From assembly GCA_963717505.1 (NCBI GenBank), contig OY970342.1:298791-362790 (forward strand): 64,000 nucleotides of DNA, in the 5' to 3' direction. Under the pieces are notes generated by a model. That model was given only the letters and a program-made list of their open reading frames with translations. It was not told where the DNA came from and ran no database searches. Source of the stretch: Candidatus Eiseniibacteriota bacterium. Its GTDB lineage: Bacteria > Eisenbacteria > RBG-16-71-46. Shown here piece by piece: positions 49,514-59,651 of the stretch. A program made the position numbers and the translations under genes. Position 1 is the first letter of the stretch; each line of letters opens with the position of its first letter.

Positions 49514-50596
49514 CTAAGGCGCGGTGCGCATGTAGGGCGGGCGCGTCGCGCGCAGCTCGTAACAGGTGCGCCCGATGCCGTGACTCCAGAAGCGCGGCGG
49601 ATCGCCGGAGCGCGGATCGGGCATCGAGTCGGCGCCGGCAAATACCGCGCACAGCACGAAGCGCACGGAATCGATGGTTCGGTATTCGTAGGGCACCCCG
49701 GTGACCGGGTCGGTGATCGAGGTCAGACCGGTGCGCGGCTCTCGGATCAGCGCATCGAGCGAAGCCGGCAGCGTCGAGTGCTCGCCCCAGTGGACGTCCA
49801 CCGCGTCGGCGATCGCGCGCAGCTCGCTCACCCGGCGCGTATCGAGCTGGCGGTCGCGCTCGCGCCCGGGCGAGCCCACGAACCAGAGTCCGACCGCCAT
49901 GCTGACCACGGCGCCGGCAATGCCGAGCCGCCCGAGGACCTGGCGCCGGGCTCGTGCGGTCGTGCCTTCGGTTTCGTCGCGGCGCAGGTCGGCCAGGTAG
50001 TGGCCGAACACCACACCGGCGATCGCGAACACCACCGCGACCTTGAGAACAAATCTCGGCGCGACCTCGCCGCCGAGCACCGCGGTGACGAGCACGATCA
50101 GGTCCCCGATCATCACCAGGGCGGCGAGGAACAGCGTCAGGTAGGTGAGCCACTTGCGAATCCGCGAGCTGCGCTTTTCCGGGTCGCCGGCCATCGTGCG
50201 GCCGATCACTCGCCCGACGAACAGGAACACCGGCAGCCCGATCACCAGCGACGCGACCGCACTCCGGGCGGCGTTCGCAAGCGGGATGCGCGTGGAATAC
50301 ATCTGCGTCGGGTCGTGCAGGCTCCAGTTGATCAGCGCGAACCAGATGGCGCCGACGTTGAACGCGATGACGTACAGAGTCGCGAACAAGACCAGGTGGA
50401 GAAACGCCTCCCGGGCCGACAGGTAGGGCCGGCGCCGGGGCACCGGGACCGGGAAGTCGACCTCGGCCCAGGAGCCGAGGGCCGAGTCGGCCTCCTCGGG
50501 CGGCCAGCCGGCCTTGAGCAGGGCCTCTCGAATGGCGGCTCGCGGAACCCCGCGGGCGAGCGAATCTCGAACAAACGTATGGAGTTCGGCGTTCAT
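49514..50596 (-). CDS. Membrane protein with N-terminal cytoplasmic domain and ~6 TM helices; hypothetical
   Basis: 360-aa ORF, ATG 50596. Hydrophobic core segments. No family assigned with confidence. Confidence 0.55.
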   Translation of the reverse strand: MNAELHTFVRDSLARGVPRAAIREALLKAGWPPEEADSALGSWAEVDFPVPVPRRRPYLSAREAFLHLVLFATLYVIAFNVGAIWFALINWSLHDPTQMYSTRIPLANAARSAVASLVIGLPVFLFVGRVIGRTMAGDPEKRSSRIRKWLTYLTLFLAALVMIGDLIVLVTAVLGGEVAPRFVLKVAVVFAIAGVVFGHYLADLRRDETEGTTARARRQVLGRLGIAGAVVSMAVGLWFVGSPGRERDRQLDTRRVSELRAIADAVDVHWGEHSTLPASLDALIREPRTGLTSITDPVTGVPYEYRTIDSVRFVLCAVFAGADSMPDPRSGDPPRFWSHGIGRTCYELRATRPPYMRTAP

Positions 50597-50784
50597 GGCC
50601 TGGGGACGCTAGCCGCCGGCCGCCCCCGGGTCCAGTCCGGCGCCCAGGCGCCAGCTACCGCCGTGCAACAGCGGGCCAGGCCATACGTAGAATGGTTCGT
50701 GCCTGGCCCGTTTTCGAGGTCCGCGCGACGGGCGCCGGAGCGGCTCCTGTCGCGTCGCGGGTCGGTTCGAAAGGAGCGGTACAG

Positions 50785-51087
50785 ATGCTCGAAGGTTTCT
50801 GGGGTGTTCTCGCGCTCGTGGCGATTGCCTGCCTGGTCGCGCTGGGGCTGCTCTGGTGGATCTTCACGTTGCCGTTCCACTTCCTCGGCTTCCTGTTGAC
50901 CGGGCTCGGCGTCGCCCTGGTGGTCACGTTCCTGGTCGTCGCGGGAATCGTGGCGCTCGCCGGGCTGGCCCTGGCCGGCGTCCTGATCCTGGTGCCGATG
51001 ATCGTGATTCCCCTCCTTCCGGCAGTCATGGCCATGATGCTTCTCTGGTGGCTGTTCTTCCGGAAGCCCCACGCGAAGACCGCATGA
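50785..51087 (+). CDS. Small very hydrophobic membrane protein (3 TM), hypothetical
   Basis: RBS AAAGGAGC upstream of ATG 50785. Stop overlaps the lepB start. Confidence 0.5.
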   Translation: MLEGFWGVLALVAIACLVALGLLWWIFTLPFHFLGFLLTGLGVALVVTFLVVAGIVALAGLALAGVLILVPMIVIPLLPAVMAMMLLWWLFFRKPHAKTA

Positions 51088-51677
51088 CCCGGCCCTGGTC
51101 CCAGCGCATTCGCGAGTATTTCCCGGGTGCGCTGGTCATTCTGTTGCTGCTGGCGGCGCGCTCGTCGCTGGCGGACCACTACGTGGTTCCGACCGGATCG
51201 ATGGAGTGGACGCTCGAGCCCGGCGATCGCGTGGTCGCGGACAAGCGGGCCTTCGGCCTGCGGGTTCCGTTCACGTCGTTCGAGCTGATTCCCGGAGAGT
51301 CTCCGGCGCGCGGCGATCTCGTGGTGTTCGATGCGCCCGACAACGGCATGCGACTCATCAAGCGCGTGGTCGCCGTCTCGGGCGACCACGTCGCGGTGCG
51401 CGACGGCCACGTCTGGATCAACGGCGCGCCGCTCGAGGCCGGAGCCGAATTCGAACGCTACGGCTCGCGTGTCGCGCACCTGAATCTGGGATTCGGGGGC
51501 GGACCCGACGTCCCTCCGACCGAGGTCCCGCGCGGGCAGGTTCTGGTCCTGGGGGATGCTCGGGGCAACAGCCGAGACGGCCGCTTCTTCGGGTTCGTGC
51601 GCGAGGATGAGATCTACGCGCGAGGCGTGGGCGTCTACTATCGAGCTTCCCGCGGGCTGGTCTGGCTCCCGCTTTAG
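51084..51677 (+). CDS. lepB: Signal peptidase I (S26 family)
   Basis: ATG 51084 (ATGA overlap). Motifs GSMEWTL (catalytic Ser box), LIKRVVAVSGD (Lys box), GDARGNSRDGRFFG. Confidence 0.85.
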   Translation: MTRPWSQRIREYFPGALVILLLLAARSSLADHYVVPTGSMEWTLEPGDRVVADKRAFGLRVPFTSFELIPGESPARGDLVVFDAPDNGMRLIKRVVAVSGDHVAVRDGHVWINGAPLEAGAEFERYGSRVAHLNLGFGGGPDVPPTEVPRGQVLVLGDARGNSRDGRFFGFVREDEIYARGVGVYYRASRGLVWLPL

Positions 51678-51746
51678 CGGGGGAAATCTCCTCTTCCGTG
51701 CAGTAGACTCGGGGCGCCAACCCAAACCCGCGCCGCGGGAGGGAAT

Positions 51747-52145
51747 ATGCGTTCCGTGCCGAGACTGCTCTTGCTCGCCCCGCTCCTGCTGTTCGTGGCC
51801 GGCTGCACGTCGGGGCTCAAGAAACCGATCACCACCGCCGAGATCCAGCCCGACAGCCAGGGGATTCAGCGCGTCGAGCTGAACATGCACAGCTACTACT
51901 TCGAACCCAGCCGGATCGTGGTCCACACCGGGCTTCCGGTGGAGCTGGTGCTCAAGAACCGGGCGAAACTCGTGCCCCACAACGTGACCTTCGTCGACAC
52001 CTCGTTCGCCAAGAGCGAGGGCGCGTGGCTCGGAACCGGTCACCTGAAGTTCACTCCGCAACGGCAGGGTGAGTTCGAGTTCTATTGCAAGGTCGACGCC
52101 CACGCGAAAAAGGGAATGACTGGCGTGCTCGTCGTGGTGCCATGA
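51747..52145 (+). CDS. Cupredoxin (plastocyanin/azurin-like type-1 copper) lipoprotein
   Basis: RBS GGGAGGG upstream. Lipobox FVAGC. Cu ligands His (VPHNV), Cys (FYCKVDAH), His, Met (KKGM). Confidence 0.8.
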   Translation: MRSVPRLLLLAPLLLFVAGCTSGLKKPITTAEIQPDSQGIQRVELNMHSYYFEPSRIVVHTGLPVELVLKNRAKLVPHNVTFVDTSFAKSEGAWLGTGHLKFTPQRQGEFEFYCKVDAHAKKGMTGVLVVVP

Positions 52146-53221
52146 TCCCGCGGCTGGTGGCGCTGGCCACCGCCGTTCCCCCCCACGTCGTCGGCCAGGA
52201 CGAAGCGCGCGAGTTCTCGCGCAACCTCTTCCGCGAGGTGCTGACCGAGGACAAGGACCGCCTGCTCGCGATCTTCGACAACGCTGGAATCAAGAACCGA
52301 AACGTGTGCGCGCCGCTCGAGTGGTACGCGCACGACCACAGCTTCGCCGAGAAGAACGACCTCTACATCGAGAACGCCGTTCGCCTCGGCGCCCAGGTCG
52401 CCCGGGACGTGATGGCGAAGGCCGGGCTCGGCCCCGGCGACGTCGACCATCTGGTGTTCGTGTCGTCGACCGGAATCGCCGCGCCCAGCGTCGACGCGCG
52501 GCTGGCCAACGAGCTGGGATTCCGCAGCGACTTCAAGCGCACGCCAATCTGGGGACTCGGGTGCGCGGGCGGCGCGGCCGGGCTGGCGCGGGCGCGCGAG
52601 TTCGCGCTCGCTGATCCCGGGTCGCGAGTTCTCCTGATCGCGCTCGAGCTGTGCAGCATCACCTTCCAGCGCAACGATCTCTCCAAACGCAACCTGGTCG
52701 CGGCGTCCTTGTTCGGCGACGGCGCGGCGGCGGCTTTAGTGGTGGCCGACGACGGCGCCCCGCACAACGGCCACCGGCCGCTCGATCTGGTCGCGACCTC
52801 GAGCACGTTCTGGTCGGACACGCTCGACGTCATGGGCTGGGACGTGGACGGCACCGGGCTGCACGTGATCTTCGCCCGCGACATTCCGACCATCGTCCAC
52901 GAGCGCGTGCGGCCGGGGCTGGAAGAGTTTCTGGCCCGTCACGACCTGACCCTCGCGAAACTCGACCATCTCGTCGCGCATCCGGGCGGCACTAAGGTGC
53001 TGGCCGCGTATCAGGAGGCTCTGGGCTTGCAGCCCGATGCGCTCGACCACGCGCGCGAGGTGCTGCGCGACCACGGGAACATGTCGTCGCCCACCTGCTT
53101 GTTCGTGCTCGAACGCTTCATGCGGTCGGAGTCGATACGGGCGGGCGAAACCGCGGTCCTCTCCGCGCTCGGCCCCGGCTTCTGCGCCGAGTACGTCCTG
53201 CTGCGCGGGGCCTCTGCATGA
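52142..53221 (+). CDS. Type III polyketide synthase (chalcone/stilbene-synthase family; alkylresorcinol/alkylpyrone-synthase-like)
   Basis: ATG 52142 overlaps the cupredoxin stop (ATGA). Active-site Cys context WGLGCAGGAAGL, HPGGTKVL, GNMSSPTCLFVL. Confidence 0.9.
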   Translation: MIPRLVALATAVPPHVVGQDEAREFSRNLFREVLTEDKDRLLAIFDNAGIKNRNVCAPLEWYAHDHSFAEKNDLYIENAVRLGAQVARDVMAKAGLGPGDVDHLVFVSSTGIAAPSVDARLANELGFRSDFKRTPIWGLGCAGGAAGLARAREFALADPGSRVLLIALELCSITFQRNDLSKRNLVAASLFGDGAAAALVVADDGAPHNGHRPLDLVATSSTFWSDTLDVMGWDVDGTGLHVIFARDIPTIVHERVRPGLEEFLARHDLTLAKLDHLVAHPGGTKVLAAYQEALGLQPDALDHAREVLRDHGNMSSPTCLFVLERFMRSESIRAGETAVLSALGPGFCAEYVLLRGASA

Positions 53222-53751
53222 GCGACACGGGCGCCGCAGGCGTTCCGGTCGTTACGCTGCTCGCCGGCTTCCTGATCTGCCACGTCGTCCAGCGGCTCTC
53301 CGAGCTCTACATTTCTTCGAGAAACACGCGGGCGTTGCTGGCCCGCGGTGCGGTCGAACACGGGCAGAGGCACTATCCCTGGATCGTCGTGATGCATGTG
53401 TTGTTCCCGATCGCGCTGACCGCCGAGGTGCTCCTGCTTCGGACGGGCCCCGGTGCGCTCGGGCTCCTTTGGCTGGCACTCTGGCTCGCGGCGCAATTGC
53501 TGCGTTGGTCCACCATGCAGGCTTTAGGAGAACGTTGGACCACTCGCGTGCTCGTGCTCCCCGGGGTGCCCCTCGTGACCTCCGGCCCCTATCGGTGGCT
53601 GCGGCATCCCAACTACGTCGCGGTCGTGATCGAGCTGCTGGCCGCGCCGCTCATGTTCGGAGCCTGGCGTACGGCGCTCCTGTTCTCGGCGGCCAACGCG
53701 CTGGCGTTGACAGTGCGAATTCGTTGCGAGGAGCGGGCGCTCCAGGGCTAG
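53218..53751 (+). CDS. Isoprenylcysteine-carboxyl-methyltransferase (ICMT)-family membrane methyltransferase (SrsB-like)
   Basis: ATG 53218 overlaps the PKS stop (ATGA). 4-5 TM. Motif RHPNYVAVVIE (RHPxY) and C-terminal EERAL. Confidence 0.8.
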   Translation: MSDTGAAGVPVVTLLAGFLICHVVQRLSELYISSRNTRALLARGAVEHGQRHYPWIVVMHVLFPIALTAEVLLLRTGPGALGLLWLALWLAAQLLRWSTMQALGERWTTRVLVLPGVPLVTSGPYRWLRHPNYVAVVIELLAAPLMFGAWRTALLFSAANALALTVRIRCEERALQG

Positions 53752-53756
53752 AATGC

Positions 53757-53789
53757 CCCTCGTTCGGGCCCGTCAGCGGCCCGAACGAG
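53757..53789 (+). promoter_or_regulatory. Perfect 13-bp hairpin (cctcgttcgggcc-cgtcagc-ggcccgaacgagg) between ICMT stop and NHL-gene start; 3' arm abuts the RBS GAGGAGG
   Basis: Read directly from the sequence. Candidate terminator/attenuator or RBS-occluding structure. Confidence 0.4.
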
Positions 53790-53797
53790 GAGGTCGC

Positions 53798-56575
53798 ATG
53801 CACCGCATCTCGAGATTCCTTTCTGCCCTCGGATTCCTGGTCGTCCTCACCCACGTGGCGACCGCCGCCACCGCGCCGACCACTCCGACGTTCGTCCTGT
53901 CGTGGGGCAACGTTGGTTCCGCGCTCACGCAGTTCATCTATCCGTTCGATGTGGCAACCGACGCACTCGGCAACCTCTACGTCGCGGACCAGCTCAACCA
54001 CCGCATACAGAAGTTCGATCGCCTCGGGAACTACCTGGGTCACTGGGGCTCGTTCGGTACCGGTGACGGCGAGTTCGACAACCCGTTCGGCGTGGCCATC
54101 GATGCTGCCGGCAACGTGTACGTCTCGGACAATGGCAACCACCGAATGCAGAAGTTCAGCAGCACGGGCGCCTACCTCGCCCAGTGGGGTTCGTTCGGGA
54201 CCGGCAACGGACAATTGCGCTACCCCATGGCCCAGGTCATCGACGCCGCTGGCAATGTCTATGTCGTGGACCAATACAATCAACGCATCCAGAAGTTCAC
54301 GGCTGCGGGGGTCTACGTCACGCAGTGGGGCACGCTGGGCAGTGGGAACGGCCAGTTCTGGAATCCGGTCGGCATCGCCCTCGACCCGGCGGGCAACGTC
54401 TACGTCGCCGATCAGAACAACCACCGCATCCAGAAGTTCAGCCCCGCCGGCGCCTATCTCTCGCAATGGGGCTCGTTCGGCAGCGGCAACGGACAGCTCT
54501 ACTTCCCGACCGGCGTGGACATCGACGCGACCGGCAACGTCTACGTCGCCGATCGATACAACCACCGGATCCAGAAGTTCAGCGGTGCGGGCGACTACCT
54601 CACTCAGTGGGGTTCGAACGGAAGCGGCCCTGGGCAGTTCGTCGAACCCACCGGCGTGGCCGTCGACGCCGCCGCCAACGTGTACGTCGCGGACTACTAC
54701 AATCATCGCATCCAGAAGTTCAACGGCGCCGGCGCGGCCCTCTCCGAGCCGGCGGGCGCGTACCTGCTCAAGTGGGGCACGTTCGGCAGCGGCGCCGGGC
54801 AGTTCAACTATCCCTGGGACGTGGTCCTCGACGCTGCCGACAACATCTACGTCGCCGACTACAGCAACAACCGGATCCAGAAGTTCAGCCGCACGGGCGC
54901 CTACCTCTCCCAGTGGGGCTCGCCCGGCAACGGCAACGGACAGTTCAACGCTCCCGCGCGCCTGGCCATCGACGCGGCGGGGAACATCTATGTAGCCGAT
55001 CAGTACAACAACCGCATCCAGAAGTTCAGTAGCGCCGGCACCTACATCACCCAGTGGGGCTCCTTGGGCGCCGGTGACGGACAGTTCAGCTACCCCATTG
55101 GGCTGGCCGTGGACGCCGCTGGCAACGTGTACGTTGCCGATACGTACAACAGCCGCATCCAGAAGTTCAGCGACTCCGGCACCTACCTCACCCAGTGGGG
55201 CTCGCTCGGCAGCGGCAACGGGCAGTTCAATTATCCGATCGCCATCGCGACCGACGCCGCCGGCAACGTCTACGTGGCGGACTACTTCAACCGTCGCATG
55301 CAGAAGTTCAGCAGCACAGGCGCCTACATCACACAGTGGGGCACGCCCGGCAGCGGCAACGGCGAGTTCGGCTTCCCCCGAGGTGTGACCGTCGATGCGG
55401 CCGGGAACGTCTACGTGAACGACGTCGGCAACTCCCGCATCCAGAAGTTCACCGGCGCGGGGACCTACCTCACCCAATGGGGCTCGCTCGGCAGTGGTGA
55501 TGGCCAATTCAACTTTTTCACCGGCGTGAGCACCGATGCGTCGGGCAACGTCTACGTTTGCGATACCGAAAACCAACGCATCCAGAAGTTCGTGATGCCT
55601 CCAGCCATCGCCCTGGTCTCGGACGTCGGGAACGATCAGGGCCGCCAGGTTCAAGTTCGATTCTTGCGTTCCTCGGCGGACGCGCCCGGCACCGGAGTTC
55701 TGGTGACCGGATACGAGGTCTACCGGCGTAACGATCCGCTCCCGGGAGTCGCGGCGGACGGGAAATCAGCCGAGAGTGTCGGCGCCTCGCGGCCGAACGA
55801 TCCGCCGGATGGGCTCCTGCTCGCCGGCTGGACCTATCTCATGACCGCGCCGGCCCACGGTGAGAGCGAGTACAACGTCGTGGTGCCGACGCTGGTCGAC
55901 GCCACCGCCGGATCGCTCGAATACTCCGCGTTCATGGTCCGGGCTGCGTCCGGCGACCCGTTCACTTTCTATGACTCGGGCGTCGACAACGGCTTCTCGG
56001 TGGACAATCTGTCGCCGCCCGCTCCAACGCCGTTCACGGCGGCCTACGCCGCAGGCGCCACCAACCTGCATTGGGGTGTGAGCACGGCTTCCGACTTCGC
56101 CACGTTCCGGCTCTACCGCGGCGAAAGTGCCGACTTCGTTCCGGGAGCCGGCAACCTCGTTGCTGCCTCTCCCGACACGGGCTACATGGATGAGGGGCCT
56201 GCTGGGCGCTATTACAAGCTGTCCGCCGTGGATTGGAATGGAAACGAAAGCCCGCACGTGCTGGTTGGCCCGAACACGACATTGGACGCGCCGGCCGCTC
56301 CCGCGGTGGCGTTCGCCCTCGAGGGGGCGCACCCGAACCCCGCGGTCGGCGGCCGAATGATGGTGGCGTTCGCGTTGCCATCGGACGCGCCGGCCACGAT
56401 CGAGCTGATCGACCTCGCGGGCCGGCGGGTGCTGGCGCGCTCCGTGGGTTCCCTGGGTGCAGGGCGCCACACCTTGGACCTCGCAGCGGGACATAGGTTG
56501 GCGCCCGGTGTGTATCTCGTGAGGCTCACCCAGCGCCAAAACACGCGGGTCGTTCGGGTGGCGGCGATCAACTAG
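53798..56575 (+). CDS. Secreted NHL-repeat beta-propeller protein (~14 NHL repeats) with T9SS C-terminal sorting domain
   Basis: Strong RBS GAGGAGG upstream of ATG 53798. Signal MHRISRFLSALGFLVVLTHVATAA. Repeats …G.GNGQF..P.GVA.D..GNVYVAD..N.RIQKF…. CTD …HPNPAVGGRMMVAFALPSDAPATIELIDLAGRRV…GVYLVRLT…. Confidence 0.85.
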   Translation: MHRISRFLSALGFLVVLTHVATAATAPTTPTFVLSWGNVGSALTQFIYPFDVATDALGNLYVADQLNHRIQKFDRLGNYLGHWGSFGTGDGEFDNPFGVAIDAAGNVYVSDNGNHRMQKFSSTGAYLAQWGSFGTGNGQLRYPMAQVIDAAGNVYVVDQYNQRIQKFTAAGVYVTQWGTLGSGNGQFWNPVGIALDPAGNVYVADQNNHRIQKFSPAGAYLSQWGSFGSGNGQLYFPTGVDIDATGNVYVADRYNHRIQKFSGAGDYLTQWGSNGSGPGQFVEPTGVAVDAAANVYVADYYNHRIQKFNGAGAALSEPAGAYLLKWGTFGSGAGQFNYPWDVVLDAADNIYVADYSNNRIQKFSRTGAYLSQWGSPGNGNGQFNAPARLAIDAAGNIYVADQYNNRIQKFSSAGTYITQWGSLGAGDGQFSYPIGLAVDAAGNVYVADTYNSRIQKFSDSGTYLTQWGSLGSGNGQFNYPIAIATDAAGNVYVADYFNRRMQKFSSTGAYITQWGTPGSGNGEFGFPRGVTVDAAGNVYVNDVGNSRIQKFTGAGTYLTQWGSLGSGDGQFNFFTGVSTDASGNVYVCDTENQRIQKFVMPPAIALVSDVGNDQGRQVQVRFLRSSADAPGTGVLVTGYEVYRRNDPLPGVAADGKSAESVGASRPNDPPDGLLLAGWTYLMTAPAHGESEYNVVVPTLVDATAGSLEYSAFMVRAASGDPFTFYDSGVDNGFSVDNLSPPAPTPFTAAYAAGATNLHWGVSTASDFATFRLYRGESADFVPGAGNLVAASPDTGYMDEGPAGRYYKLSAVDWNGNESPHVLVGPNTTLDAPAAPAVAFALEGAHPNPAVGGRMMVAFALPSDAPATIELIDLAGRRVLARSVGSLGAGRHTLDLAAGHRLAPGVYLVRLTQRQNTRVVRVAAIN

Positions 56576-56602
56576 GCGAGAGTCCAGCCTCTCGGGAACG
56601 GC

Positions 56603-56640
56603 GGGGCGCTGCGATCGATCGCGCTTGCGCGTGGCGCCCC
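56603..56640 (+). terminator. GC-rich inverted repeat (ggggcgc…gcgatcgatcgc…gcgcccc) after the NHL gene; putative terminator/operator
   Basis: Contains the perfect 12-bp palindrome gcgatcgatcgc nested between complementary 7-mers. Confidence 0.35.
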
Positions 56641-56698
56641 GCTTGTCGCATCTTCCAGTGTTCGCTACCACACCCACGCCCCTCTAAAGGCTGAAATC

Positions 56699-58349
<1,651 letters not shown>

Positions 58350-58378
<29 letters not shown>

Positions 58379-58913
58379 CCGCGCGTCGCATGCGCACGAA
58401 GCGCAGGGTCACGCCGTCCGGAAGCGTGTCGAGAACTTCCTCCTCGGCGGCGAACCCGAGCGCGGCGTAGAACGGGACCCCAGGCAGCGTCGCCATCAGC
58501 TCGAGGGTCGAGAAGCCGGCCGCGCGGGCGGCGTCCTCGCAGGCCGCCAGCAGCTTGCGACCGATGCCTCGGCGCACGGCCTCGGGAGCGACGAAGAAGG
58601 CACGAATCCGCGCGGCGTCCTTCTGGGGATCCAGTTGCTCGGCAGTGCCGGTAGGTCGCTGGTCCCCGCCATACAGGTTCCGGCGGAAGCTCCACCCGCC
58701 GCAGGCGACCGGAACGTCGTTCATCTCCACGACGAAGTAGGTTCCGTCGGCGATCAAGGTCGAGTCGACGCCAAACACGTGCCGCAGCGCCGATTCGATC
58801 TCGGTGTCCGAGTAGAACCCCCGGCTCAGGCCGCGTGCCGAGCGCTCGATCAAGTCGCGCAGGACCGGAATGTCCGCGGCTAGAGCCAACCGGATCACGA
58901 TCTCGTCTTTCAA
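58350..58913 (-). CDS. GNAT-family N-acetyltransferase
   Basis: …AFFVAPEAVRRGIGRKLLAACEDAARAAGFSTLEL… (acetyl-CoA binding motif A). Start uncertain: TTG 58913 with GAGGA upstream, GTG 58895, or GTG 58940. Confidence 0.7.
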
Positions 58914-58967
58914 AATGCGTCCTCGAGGGCTGAGAGCCACGCCTGGCTTCCGTTGCCTCCCCGAATC

Positions 58968-59651
58968 CTATGCGAAGCTGTCCGACTGGGGATCCCAGAA
59001 GTCGCCGACGAGCCCAATGCCCGCGAAGATCCGGCGGATCTCGTCGGGCTGGGGACGGCGGGAGTTCTCGTCGAGCCTGGTCGAGTACCAGGTGGTCGCG
59101 AGCTGCCAGAGCTGGCCCATGCCGACGATCGGGCGCACCGGATGTCCGTTCGCTGCGCACCACTGACGCACCCGCTCTTCCGACCGGAAGAAGAGCATGT
59201 TCCTTCAGGTGAAGACCAAGTCGTTCCACCACTGGGCGGCGGGAACCAGGCAGTGGAACAGCCAATCCGAAGGACCTGGGCCGTCGACGCCGACTTCCAT
59301 CTCCAGAGGCTCGAGCGACTGCTCGCATCGCGAGCGGACGGTGCCCGCTCGACGCAGCGCCGCTGGAATGCCGAGGGCGTCCCAGGCGCAATTCGCGAAG
59401 TAGTCGACCCCGCCCGACGTGATTTTGTGCTGCGTGGGCACGCCGGAGAACGGTGGCGCCATCCGGATCGAGACGCCATCCGGCTCGAGCAGCAGCACGC
59501 GCAGCGCACGCAGCCTTCCGTAGGCTTCGACCACGGCGTCGCGAGTCGAGCCGACGCGCTCGGCGACCACCTCGGGCGTCGGCCTACGGCCGGTTTCGGC
59601 AAAGTACCGGTAGACCGCCATCTTCACCCGGACGTCGAAGTCGGCGGTCAT
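58968..59651 (-). CDS. Organomercurial lyase MerB-like protein with a single in-frame TGA (59205-59207) aligned to the catalytic Cys159 position
   Basis: ATG 59651 (ATGA overlap with the HAD gene). …DYFANCAWDALGIP… matches MerB YAWCALDTLIFP (Cys96/Asp99). …WWNDLVFT-TGA-RNMLFFRSEERVRQW… aligns with MerB …[20 protein letters not shown]…. Track ORFs 59205..59762 and 58968..59198 are in the same frame. Confidence 0.6.

Noticed and set aside
53950-55650. Regular ~135-145-nt nucleotide periodicity (recurring ...aaccaccgcatccagaagttcag...), which could suggest a CRISPR or tandem-repeat array
   Set aside because: It encodes NHL repeats (…N.RIQKF…) within one long ORF; the repeats are imperfect and in frame. 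The same applies to the ~130-nt PD40 periodicity (tggtcgcccgacgg = WSPDG) in 10600-12200.
59162-59212. merB split read as a frameshift
   Set aside because: Arithmetic shows both halves are in the same frame; the only lesion is a single in-frame TGA.
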